Assembly: GCA_963703315.1 (NCBI GenBank)
Contig: OY969811.1
Span: 2,240,001 to 2,304,000, forward strand
From: an uncultured cyanobacterium
GTDB taxonomy: Bacteria > Cyanobacteriota > Cyanobacteriia > Pseudanabaenales > Pseudanabaenaceae
Direction: 5' to 3'
Length of the DNA stretch: 64,000 bases
Numbering within the stretch: the first letter of the stretch is position 1; each line of letters begins with the position of its first letter. This document shows, one piece after another, positions 20,601-28,795 of the stretch. A model generated the notes under the pieces. It was not told the DNA's origin. It ran no database searches and worked only from the letters and a program-made list of their open reading frames with translations. The position numbers were made by a program, and so were the translations under genes.

Positions 20601-21623
20601 CACGATCGCCCGATCCTTTTGCTTAGGATCGTAAAAATATTCTTCAACTGCCTTTGAGAAATCTAAGCCCCCATTGAATACAGAAATGACTCTAGCCCCA
20701 AGGGATTCCAATTCCTGCACCATCGCCACATAATGCGCGTCATCGCCTGTGACTAAGTGCGTTCTTGCCATCAACAGCCCCACACATGGCGCAAGGGGAT
20801 CTTTCATGTCATCGGGAATATCGGTACGGGCATTAAACCATGCCAAATAATCGGCAGTAGTCTCGAACATTTTGGGCGCGAGAGGATGCCATAGCCCCAT
20901 ATCTAAATAGGTGACAGGATCTTTAATAATTAGAGTCCCCGAACCCGTCTCCTTTGCCCTTGCTTTGACACTGGGCAAATAATTTTGCGCCAACATCAAC
21001 AGGAAGTTTTCCAGATTTTCGGTCGATCCGCCTAGCCAATATTGGAAGCTCAACATAAAGTTACGAGCATCCTGCGCCTTATCCATTGGCATATATTTGA
21101 GAATCTTGGGCAGGGTCTGTACGACCTTGAGCATACTGTCTTGAAAAGAACTGCCCGATTTCTCTTTGCGCTTCCGCATGAACTGAGCGATCGCACTCTT
21201 AGACTGTCCCAGATTTTCCATGCTGAAGCTACCCATTTTATTCAGGCGCATCACCTCTGGCATCGATGGGAATACTACACAAGCGGATAGGCGATCGCGG
21301 TGGGGCTGCACTGCCTGAGCAATCTTAGTTGCCATATCATCGATAAAAATCAACGAAGCAATAAACATATCGGCTTCAGCGACATCATCTTTAAAGGCTT
21401 CATAATTTTCGGGGCTACGCAACTCTTCGATTAAATAACCACTTACCTCGATCGCTAGGTTAGGGTTGTTCTTATTAATTGACTTTACAGCCGCCGACAT
21501 AGCGCTCTGATATTGGGGTTCCAGCACTACATAGACCAACTTCATTAAGACCCGACCCTGTAGATTTTCGGGAATGATACGTCTACCAGATAATGTTGCG
21601 ATCGGTGGCATAGAAGTGAACAT
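17619..21623 (-). CDS. chlH: Magnesium chelatase subunit H
   Basis: 1334 aa; [47 protein letters not shown]. Confidence 0.97.
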   Translation of the reverse strand: MFTSMPPIATLSGRRIIPENLQGRVLMKLVYVVLEPQYQSAMSAAVKSINKNNPNLAIEVSGYLIEELRSPENYEAFKDDVAEADMFIASLIFIDDMATKIAQAVQPHRDRLSACVVFPSMPEVMRLNKMGSFSMENLGQSKSAIAQFMRKRKEKSGSSFQDSMLKVVQTLPKILKYMPMDKAQDARNFMLSFQYWLGGSTENLENFLLMLAQNYLPSVKARAKETGSGTLIIKDPVTYLDMGLWHPLAPKMFETTADYLAWFNARTDIPDDMKDPLAPCVGLLMARTHLVTGDDAHYVAMVQELESLGARVISVFNGGLDFSKAVEEYFYDPKQKDRAIVDSVVSLTGFALVGGPAKQDHPKAIEALEKLNRPYMVALPLVFQTTEEWQDSDLGLHPVQVALQVALPELDGGLDPIVLSGRDSATGRSHALGDRLETIANRAIKWANLRRKPRHEKKLAITIFSFPPDKGNIGTAAYLDVFSSIHKVVEALGNNGYDVQGLPKTSHDMMSDILHNPEAMVGSPELNVAYKMSVPEYEANTPYVDRIIEQWGAAPGHLNSDGQNLLIYGKQYGNIFVGVQPTFGYEGDPMRLLFSKSASPHHGFVAYYTYLNHIWGADAVLHFGTHGSMEFMPGKQVGMSGDCYPDSLIGALPNIYYYAVNNPSEATIAKRRGYATIISYITPAPENAGLSRNLQELSELIASYKDLRLGGRGIQITNTIMDKVRLVNLDKDVTLPEKDAKEMDLEERDNVIGQVYNKLMEIESRVLPCGLHVVGEPPKVEDVTDVLTSIASFDRPEDNMKSLLRIICEAIGCDIEQLYKSSDKGIYADVELLANIRALANKAVGALVKAKADDDGRVSKLSVLNFFRMGKTEPWIEVFQENGYPNINKDDIKPLFEFLEFCLKQVVADNELGGLIKALEGDYITPSPGGDPIRNPLVLPTGKNMHALDPNSIPTSAAVQAAKTVVDRLLERQRQDNNGVYPETIAVVLWGTDNIKTYGESLAQVLCMIGVKPMPDALGRINRLELTPLEELGRPRVDVVVNCSGVFRDLFVNQMDLIDRAVRMAAEADEPLEMNFVRKHAIAQAEEFGLTINQAATRVFSNSSGSYSSNVNLAVENSTWENEEELQQMYLSRKSFAFGGNVSNTQQRQLYEASLKTVDMTFQNLDSSEISLTDVSHYFDSDPTKLVGSLRKDGKKPASFVADTTTANAQVRTLTETVRLDTRTKILNPKWYEGMLKSGYEGVREISKRLVNTMGWSATAGAVDNWVYEDVNDVYVNDKEMCDRLKNLNPNSFRKIVGTLLEVNGRGYWETSEENLDRLRELYQELEDRIEGVE

Positions 21624-21812
21624 GCAGTCTCCTTAAATTACAGTCTTGATTTTTGGGAATTTTATGTATTGCGTTTGGTTATATTTTGGCAAAACTGTTA
21701 CATAGAGCAACAATTAGCAACTAAAGATTTATACCTATTCATTATTTAATACCAGACAACCATTACAGTGGTTGATTTTGGGCAGTAAATGCAATAATTT
21801 GAAATTGATTTG

Positions 21813-21830
21813 TTTACATTTCGTTACATT
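21813..21830. promoter_or_regulatory. HLR1-like (RpaB-binding) direct repeat in the chlH/tic20 divergent promoter region
   Basis: TTTACATT-TC-GTTACATT fits (G/T)TTACA(T/A)(T/A)-N2-(G/T)TTACA(T/A)(T/A). Confidence 0.55.
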
Positions 21831-21953
21831 TCTTAATCTTCATGATGGCAAAACGTAAACATTTCTTAAATATCTTACGTGTTGCGATTCCTCATTTATG
21901 GAGCGGTGATCGCTATAATGCCAATAAATGCCCTGAACTCAAAGGAAATCTTT

Positions 21954-22463
21954 ATGAATTGGCAGCAAACTGCAACACCTTTACATCGCTTTTATAGTTG
22001 CTTGCCTTACCTATTGCCAATGTCGGCGGGCGTGATTTATGGAGCCGTTTTATTTCAGCAGTTCCCTTTGCTGATCTTTCCTTTTATTCCCTTTATTTGG
22101 ATATATGGCAATGTGTTGTCATTACCACTAGTTCCTTTCTTGGGATTAACGGGTGAATTTTTCTTGTTCATGGGGCTATATTTTTTGGTAGTAAGAGATT
22201 CTCGTGTTCCTCATTTTATTCGCTTCAATACAATGCAGGCATTATTAATGCAAATTGTGTTGTTTATTGGTCAAGTTCTCTTTCAGTTTCTTGAACAATT
22301 GGCAAATGATGCTTTGCCATCATTACTAAGTAACACTTTTGCTAATACGATATTCATCGGGTTAACACTATTAACTGGATATGCGGTTTACCATAGTTTT
22401 AAAGGTGAATATTCCGATATCCCTACGCTTTCTCAAGCTGCATCCTTTCAGTGCGAAATATAA
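21954..22463 (+). CDS. Tic20/Ycf60 family protein
   Basis: R..SCLPYLLP, VVR...PHFIRFNTMQALL, G.Y.DIP.LS.A. Confidence 0.9.
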   Translation: MNWQQTATPLHRFYSCLPYLLPMSAGVIYGAVLFQQFPLLIFPFIPFIWIYGNVLSLPLVPFLGLTGEFFLFMGLYFLVVRDSRVPHFIRFNTMQALLMQIVLFIGQVLFQFLEQLANDALPSLLSNTFANTIFIGLTLLTGYAVYHSFKGEYSDIPTLSQAASFQCEI

Positions 22464-22538
22464 CTGAATTCATAATATTTAATCGTTTGTATTCATGCTA
22501 TAGCGCTTTTCAAGCAAGCGAGGAAAAAGAAATAACTT

Positions 22539-23042
22539 ATGGTAAGACGTAGTTCAGTTGATTATTTAGATAGGCTATATGCTAGTTTGCCTTACTTATT
22601 GCCAGTGACCGCAGTAGTAATTTTTGGTGCATTCTTGTTTCTTCAGTTCCCCCCATTGACAATAGTCTTTTTACCAATCTTCTATCTAAATAGCATCTTA
22701 TCAATTTCCATCATAGATTTTATTTCGATTCGTTTTGTGGCTTGGTTTTGTGTATTTCTTTTGGTGGTAAGAAATTACAAGGTACATCACTTTATCCGTT
22801 TCAATGCGATGCAAGCATTACTGTTAGATATAATCGTTGCCCTTGCAGGGGCAATAACTGAGCTTTTATCTGTAATTCTAGGGAAGTTAGCATTTTTCCC
22901 TTTTGTGCTTCAGATTATTGCTAGCGTTACTTTCTTGGGCATAACGGCTGCATTTATCTACGCAGTATTTGAGTGTATTCGTGGCAATTATGCTAATAAA
23001 ATCCCTGTTGTTTCTGATGTTGCTTCCTCTCAAACCTATTAA
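22539..23042 (+). CDS. Tic20/Ycf60 family protein (second tandem paralog)
   Basis: DRLYASLPYLLP, VVRN..VHHFIRFNAMQALLLDI, G.YA.KIPVVSD. Confidence 0.9.
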   Translation: MVRRSSVDYLDRLYASLPYLLPVTAVVIFGAFLFLQFPPLTIVFLPIFYLNSILSISIIDFISIRFVAWFCVFLLVVRNYKVHHFIRFNAMQALLLDIIVALAGAITELLSVILGKLAFFPFVLQIIASVTFLGITAAFIYAVFECIRGNYANKIPVVSDVASSQTY

Positions 23043-23105
23043 ACCAGAGCAAAAACTGTAGCGCACGCTGCGCGTGCGCTACAGTTTTTTGGAGTTTGCG
23101 CCTAG

Positions 23106-23975
23106 CTACTTAATCTGAGCCGATATAAATCTTTCAATACCTGAATAGTCTTGATGAGTTTGGATGTTTTTGTAATCGCCATTTTCCTGTAATAGCGATC
23201 GCACAATTTCCGATTGACCTGCCATCATTTCAATAATCCAAAAACCACCAGAAATTAAATATGCTGGTGCAGTATTGACTAACTCACGAATATCATCAAG
23301 TCCATCATCTCCGCCGTCAAGTGCTAAATGTGGCTCATGATTTTTTACTTCGGGCTGTAAATTTAAAACTTCATAGCTTGGAATATAGGGGGGATTAGAA
23401 ACCATGCCTGCCAGTTTATTTTGCAGACCTAATTTAGCTAATGGCTCAAACCATTTACCATGATGGAAATGTATTTTCTGGTTATCATTGTTTGCGTTTA
23501 ACCTAGCAATTTCTAAGGCAGCCTCACTGCAATCAACCGCATAAATTTGGGCTTGCGAAAAATGTTTGGCTAAGCCGATCGCGATCGCACCACTACCAGT
23601 TCCTAAATCTACCCAGATACCATTTTGATAAATTTCATCTTGGCAATGCTCAGCAATAATATCGATAATTAATTCGGTTTCAGGACGGGGAATTAAAACG
23701 GCAGACGTGACTTGTAATTCTAAATTGCGCCATGTAACGGAGCCTACTAAATACTGCACAGGAATGCGATCGCTTAATCTTTTTTGCCACAATTGATCGA
23801 GTTTAGTTAATAATTCAGGCGTAATTTTTTGTGAGATATTAGGCGATCGCAATCTTAAGTCCAATTTATCTAAGTAAGTTAGCCGTAAAACTAGCCAATC
23901 AAGTTCATATATAGGTACGTCATGTTGCTTTGCTGCTAGAAGACTGCGATCGTACCATTCCCAGAAATTCATCAT
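23106..23975 (-). CDS. prmC: Release factor glutamine N5-methyltransferase
   Basis: VLIPRPETE, DLGTGSGAI, SNPPY, HEP.LALDGG.DGL. Confidence 0.95.
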   Translation of the reverse strand: MMNFWEWYDRSLLAAKQHDVPIYELDWLVLRLTYLDKLDLRLRSPNISQKITPELLTKLDQLWQKRLSDRIPVQYLVGSVTWRNLELQVTSAVLIPRPETELIIDIIAEHCQDEIYQNGIWVDLGTGSGAIAIGLAKHFSQAQIYAVDCSEAALEIARLNANNDNQKIHFHHGKWFEPLAKLGLQNKLAGMVSNPPYIPSYEVLNLQPEVKNHEPHLALDGGDDGLDDIRELVNTAPAYLISGGFWIIEMMAGQSEIVRSLLQENGDYKNIQTHQDYSGIERFISAQIK

Positions 23976-23989
23976 TAATTCTCCTAAAC

Positions 23990-24015
23990 AAAAGGCTCGC
24001 ATTGCGAGCCTTTTG
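23990..24015. terminator. Hairpin/terminator
   Basis: aaaaggctcgc-att-gcgagcctttt. Confidence 0.6.
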
Positions 24016-24016
24016 T

Positions 24017-24163
24017 TTATTTTTTGCGCTTGTTCATGTCTTCGAGATAAGCCTGTTGGTAATTCAGAAAGCTGTTATGCCATTCTTGAAAACGGCGATC
24101 GCCATCACGTACCAACATTTGACGATACTTTTCCGAAGAAACGTATGATTTTGAAGTTGACAT
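24017..24163 (-). CDS. Small hypothetical protein (48 aa), not in the ORF track
   Basis: ATG at 24163 to TAA at 24017: MSTSKSYVSSEKYRQMLVRDGDRRFQEWHNSFLNYQQAYLEDMNKRKK. Co-oriented with serA and prmC, followed by a hairpin. Confidence 0.5.
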   Translation of the reverse strand: MSTSKSYVSSEKYRQMLVRDGDRRFQEWHNSFLNYQQAYLEDMNKRKK

Positions 24164-24218
24164 AATGCTTATCCACTAAACTTCGCTTAGATGGTAACGT
24201 ATTGCGTCACCATTTAAA

Positions 24219-25802
24219 CTATAGCTTTACTACAAAAGCATCAGTTACGCCTTGAATATGCACAATTTCATCAAGCAAACCGCTAGGTAAAGGATCGTCA
24301 ATATTCAAAACCATTACTGCTTCACCGCGTACCATGCGACGACCGACTTGCATACTGGCAATGTTGACATTGAAGTTGCCTAACAAGGAACCGATCCGAC
24401 CGATAATCCCTGGCATATCGCGGTGCAGAGTCAACAACATATAGTGAGTTGGAGCAACGTTGATCGGGAAATCATTGATGCTGATAATGCGGATTTCTGA
24501 TTTGCCGAGCAATGCACCTGTTACCGACTGCTGACCTTGACTACCATGAGCCGTCAAATGGATGGAGCCACTGTAATCTTCAACGGAAGGATCGCGGGTT
24601 TCAGTAACCCGAATACCACGCTCTTTCGCTTCGATACTAGCGTTGACGAAGTTAACGCGCTCACGCAAGGCAGGCGATAGCAAACCTTTGAGAGCCGCTA
24701 CGACAATGGGCTGACTTTCGCTGTTAGCGATTTCACCTTGGAGTTTGACATCAAGGTTATCCACACGCCCCCCTGCCAATTGTCCAACCAAGTTGCCCAA
24801 CATTTCTGCAAGTTGCAGATAGGGCTTGAGTTTTTGCCAGACATCAGGGCGCAATCCAGGGATATTTACTGCCGATCGCGCAGGTAAACCAAGCAGGACA
24901 TCACGAATTTGTTCGGCAACGTCAACTGCCACATTGGTTTGGGCTTCTTCGGTCGATGCACCGAGGTGAGGAGTCAAGATCACATTTGCGCCGAGTTCGC
25001 GTAAGCCAGAATCAGCTTCTAGAGGCTCGTTTTCAAATACATCAAGGGCAATACCTGCAATTTTGCCACTCTTGATTGCTTCAGCCACTGCCACTTCATC
25101 AATGATGCCGCCTCTAGCGCAGTTAATGATTCTGACACCATCTTTCATAATCGCAATGCGATCGGCGTTAATTAGATGGGCGGTTTCCTTGGTTTTGGGT
25201 AAATGCAACGTGATGTAATCAGCTTCACGCAACAAAATTTCTAGCTCAACTAGATGCACACCTAATTTCTCAGCACGCTCGGCGGTCAAGAATGGATCGT
25301 AGGCGAGAATCCGCATTCCTAAAGATTTAGCAACGGTAGCTACGTGGGAACCAATTTTGCCTAAACCGAGAATACCAAGGGTTTTCTTGTAAACTTCTAC
25401 ACCCGTGAAGCTTTTACGATCCCACTTACCACCCTTAAGTGAGGAGTTCGCCGCAGGGATAAAGCGCGATAGAGACATCATCATGGCGAGGGTATGTTCC
25501 GCAGCAGCGATCGTATTACCCTCAGGAGAGTTAACAACCACAATTCCCATACGGGTAGCGGTGGGAACGTCTACGTTATCGACCCCAACACCAGCACGAC
25601 CGATGATTTTGAGGTTTTTGCCAGATTCGATCGCTTCTTTGGTAAGTTTTGTACCAGAGCGAATCATGATTGCGTCATATTCAGGAAGAATTTGGATGAG
25701 TTCTTCAGGGCTGAGAGTAGTTTTTACGTCAACGGTGGCGACTTGAGAGAGGATATCGATACCAACTTGATCGATGGGGTCAGAAACGAGAACTTTGGGC
25801 AT
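24219..25802 (-). CDS. serA: D-3-phosphoglycerate dehydrogenase
   Basis: GRAGVGVDNVD, GLGKIG, INCARGG, TPHLGAST, C-terminal ACT domain. Confidence 0.97.
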   Translation of the reverse strand: MPKVLVSDPIDQVGIDILSQVATVDVKTTLSPEELIQILPEYDAIMIRSGTKLTKEAIESGKNLKIIGRAGVGVDNVDVPTATRMGIVVVNSPEGNTIAAAEHTLAMMMSLSRFIPAANSSLKGGKWDRKSFTGVEVYKKTLGILGLGKIGSHVATVAKSLGMRILAYDPFLTAERAEKLGVHLVELEILLREADYITLHLPKTKETAHLINADRIAIMKDGVRIINCARGGIIDEVAVAEAIKSGKIAGIALDVFENEPLEADSGLRELGANVILTPHLGASTEEAQTNVAVDVAEQIRDVLLGLPARSAVNIPGLRPDVWQKLKPYLQLAEMLGNLVGQLAGGRVDNLDVKLQGEIANSESQPIVVAALKGLLSPALRERVNFVNASIEAKERGIRVTETRDPSVEDYSGSIHLTAHGSQGQQSVTGALLGKSEIRIISINDFPINVAPTHYMLLTLHRDMPGIIGRIGSLLGNFNVNIASMQVGRRMVRGEAVMVLNIDDPLPSGLLDEIVHIQGVTDAFVVKL

Positions 25803-25969
25803 AACGATTAAAAAATGTACCAGTGCCTATAGCGGGAGAGTTGCGGCTACGTTCTAACTTTATATAAACGCAATATTTTCCGCAGTCTAGACACACTAAG
25901 ACCACAATAATTGCTTACGTCATTAATATTAAGGCAAAATTAAGTAATCTACAAAAGCATCTCCAGAAA

Positions 25970-26031
25970 ACCAGAAGATGAGTGGCGGCGCAAAGCGCCG
26001 CCACTCATCTTCTCAAAACTTGCACTGCTAT
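25970..26031. repeat. Palindromic intergenic element
   Basis: agaagatgagtggcggcgc-aaa-gcgccgccactcatcttct then aaaacttgcactgctata; near-identical stem at 50821-50862. Confidence 0.75.
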
Positions 26032-26072
26032 AGAATTATTGTTCAACACCAACTCTAGACTGGGGAGACAGT

Positions 26073-26846
26073 ATGATCGGTCAGTATTTGCTGATTTTTG
26101 CGGCGGCTTTGTTGGCGGGTGGGTTAAATGGCATTGCAGGGGGCGGTAGTTTTATCTTGTTTCCCGTATTAATGTTTGTGGGGCTGCCGCCAATTCCTGC
26201 CAATGCCACTAATTCGATCGCTTTATTACCCGGGACATTAGCCAGTGCAGGAGCCTATCGTCATGAATTTACTAAGGATCGGCGATCGCTGATTCAGGTT
26301 TGTGTGTTAGGCGCGATCGGCGGATTGGTGGGAGCAATTTTGCTTTTAAAAACCCCACCTGTAGTTTTTTTACGGATCTTGCCCTATCTGTTACTGACCG
26401 CGACCTTAGCCTTTGCCTTTAGCAAAAAATTAACTGCTTGGGTAGAACAGAAACAAGAACAATTTGCAAGGCTGAAGCAATTACGAACCGTATTAATTAC
26501 GATTTTGCAATTAGTTGTAGCAATCTATGGGGGGTTTTTTGGCGGCGGCATGGGCATTTTATTCCTTGCCTCCTTTGCGCTTATGGGCATGACCAACATT
26601 CATCGGATGAATGCTTACAAAACCCTATTAACTAGTTGCATCAATGCGATTACTGTGATTCCCTTTGTGATTGCAGGGGCAATTCTCTGGCAAGAAGGGG
26701 CGATCGCGGCGATCGGTGCAGCGATCGGTGGCTATGTCAGCGCTTACTTTGCCCAAAGAATAGCCCCTATTCTAGTACGTCGCTTTGTGATTGGCGTTGG
26801 CTCAGCTATGACTATCTATTTTTTTGTTAAAAGTTGGCTGGCTTAA
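26073..26846 (+). CDS. Sulfite exporter TauE/SafE family protein
   Basis: AGGLNGIAGGGS, P..ANATN, YGGFFGGGMG; about 8 TM helices. Confidence 0.9.
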   Translation: MIGQYLLIFAAALLAGGLNGIAGGGSFILFPVLMFVGLPPIPANATNSIALLPGTLASAGAYRHEFTKDRRSLIQVCVLGAIGGLVGAILLLKTPPVVFLRILPYLLLTATLAFAFSKKLTAWVEQKQEQFARLKQLRTVLITILQLVVAIYGGFFGGGMGILFLASFALMGMTNIHRMNAYKTLLTSCINAITVIPFVIAGAILWQEGAIAAIGAAIGGYVSAYFAQRIAPILVRRFVIGVGSAMTIYFFVKSWLA

Positions 26847-26941
26847 AATTAGGTGTTCAATTGTAAGAATCTTGTTAAGATTATTGAGGCAAATATAGCC
26901 TTAGCTCGTGATTCTCCGTAAATCCAACAGAATTAACTAGA

Positions 26942-28041
26942 TTGGCTCTACCAAATTCTCGAATTAAAGTATTTTTCTTAAGCATCGCCACGATCGCCTC
27001 TGTTGTGGCACTCACCGCAATGTATCTAGAACGCGATGAACTGGTTTATATCAGTCTCGCGGTCATCTCTAGCATCATTCTGCCAATTCTCTTACCGCCA
27101 TTCCTCAAGGCGATCGCTAACTCTCCATTAGGGAAGAAATGGGATATTACCCTATCTAGTATTTTGGCTGGTGTGGCGATATTCATGGCTGCCCATGTCA
27201 CCGAGTTTGATTTTGCCTTTGCGCGATGGTTTGACAGTTTGAAATGGGATGCGTTAGGTGCAGTTGGACAGATCTTAATTGCGATTTTGGCGGTATGGGT
27301 AGCTTGGCGACAAAATCAAATTTCCGAAAGCTTGACAGGACAGCAAAATGTCATCACTCAACAACAAACTATTGATGCTTATTTTCAAGGTATTTCTGAC
27401 CTAGTTCTCGATCCTCAAGGTCAATTGGAAGACTGGCCCCAGAAAGGGCGATCGCTCAAGCCCGAACCGCCGCCTTGCTCGGTGGTTCTGATGCTGATGG
27501 ACGCGCTAAAATTGTCCGCTTTCTATCGAGTGCCAATCTATTAACTCCACTGAAACGAGATGGCTTGCTCGGTCGTCCGATTCTGGATGGTACGGGTGGT
27601 TATGTAGTCGATCTGGCAAATGGAGTACGGGTCGTCAATTTAGGTATGATGCTAGCTGGGCGTGATATTGACAATACCGATTTGCGAAATGCAGATTTAA
27701 GTGGCGCGAACTTACTCAAAACCAATTTTAGTAACTGTGATCTCACTGGCTCCAATTTTGGTGGTGCAATCTTGGTCAAGGCAAATTTTCGTGGTGCAGA
27801 TCTCAGTCGAGTCAAAATGTTTTATGGCAATCTGGAAACTGCTACGCCCCGCGATCGCACCCATCTACCGAACTTCGAGACAGGTGAATATACGGGCGCA
27901 GTGGTAGAAGATGCGGACTTTAGCAAAGCGATCGACCTATCCGAAGAAACCCGCAAATATCTTTGTGCTTGGTGTGGTAAAAAATCTCGTAAAACTATTC
28001 CTGGAGGTTGTGAAGATGTACCAAACAGATTGGGACGCTAA
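26942..28041 (+). pseudogene. Membrane-anchored pentapeptide-repeat protein split by a 1-nt frameshift near 27441
   Basis: ORFs 26942-27544 and 27475-28041 join as ...LEDWP[Q]ERAIAQARTAALLGG... if one base is restored at cccc-agaaag. A(D/N)LxG repeats in the second half. Confidence 0.7.
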
Positions 28042-28078
28042 AAAAGTAAAGTTCTCGTACTACCAAAACTTTACTTTT

Positions 28079-28399
28079 ATGAGAAGAGCGATTGCCACAG
28101 TTCTCGGCTTACAAGTAGCAACTCTATCCATACTACCCAGTAAAATCTTGGCAGAGACCCAAGCACCTTTAGCAGAAGATACTCCCGAAGAAGTTTTACG
28201 GGCAGAAATCTACACCGATGCGCGATCGCCTATTGATGGCAAACAATTAAGTGCTGCCGAATATACGGAACTCATGGAAAAGTTGCGATCGCTTGATCAT
28301 ATTCCTCCCGAAGATTTAGTTTCCCCCAAGGTAAGAGAAGTAATTGGTTTATTAAAACTGCGTAAATTCTTAAAGCAGTTCATTCCATTTATTCCATAG
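28079..28399 (+). CDS. Conserved cyanobacterial hypothetical protein with signal-peptide-like N-terminus
   Basis: MRRAIATVLGL...PEEVLRAEI.T.ARSPIDGK.LSAAEY; the ORF-track start overlaps the upstream gene. Confidence 0.7.
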   Translation: MRRAIATVLGLQVATLSILPSKILAETQAPLAEDTPEEVLRAEIYTDARSPIDGKQLSAAEYTELMEKLRSLDHIPPEDLVSPKVREVIGLLKLRKFLKQFIPFIP

Positions 28400-28447
28400 C
28401 CCGTATAGTTAGCTTGTACCGCCCGCTAAATAGGCGGTACAAGCTTA

Positions 28448-28561
28448 TATAGCAAAAAAAGTTTTCTTAGGACAAAAAACCCAAGAAGAGAGTTGCGGCG
28501 CGGAGCGCCGCAACTCTCTTCTTGGGTTTTAGTTTGTACTAGCTAACTCTTTTTTTGCTAT
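28448..28561. repeat. Palindromic intergenic element (TATAGC...GCTATA family)
   Basis: cccaagaagagagttgcggcgc-gga-gcgccgcaactctcttcttggg; flanks match 50781-50895 in reverse orientation. Confidence 0.8.
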
Positions 28562-28563
28562 AA

Positions 28564-28781
28564 CCCACATTCCGCTCTTATTTTACTGAAAAAAATATTT
28601 AGAAAACAAATCCTTATACAGTAAGTATTTTGGGCTTTCGTCAGAAAAATACCACTATCTTAATATTGTCAATAATGACGTACTAATAGGAGTCATTATC
28701 ATTAATTTTCCAGAAAATCGCTGAAACCCTCATTGTCTCGTTGTAAATATTTTTAGGCCTCCATTACGAGCGGAATGTGGG
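28564..28781. mobile_element. MITE, 218 bp
   Basis: TIRs CCCACATTCCGCTC / GAGCGGAATGTGGG; 6-bp direct repeat CTATAA at 28558-28563 and 28782-28787; no coding capacity. Confidence 0.85.
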
Positions 28782-28795
28782 CTATAAGAGACAAT

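Noticed and set aside
18612..21290. Several antisense ORFs inside chlH (likewise inside serA, gltD, gyrB and others)
   Set aside because: Shadow frames of well-supported genes.
23930..24148. 72-aa plus-strand ORF
   Set aside because: Overlaps the prmC start and a hairpin; the antisense 48-aa ORF fits the gene context better.
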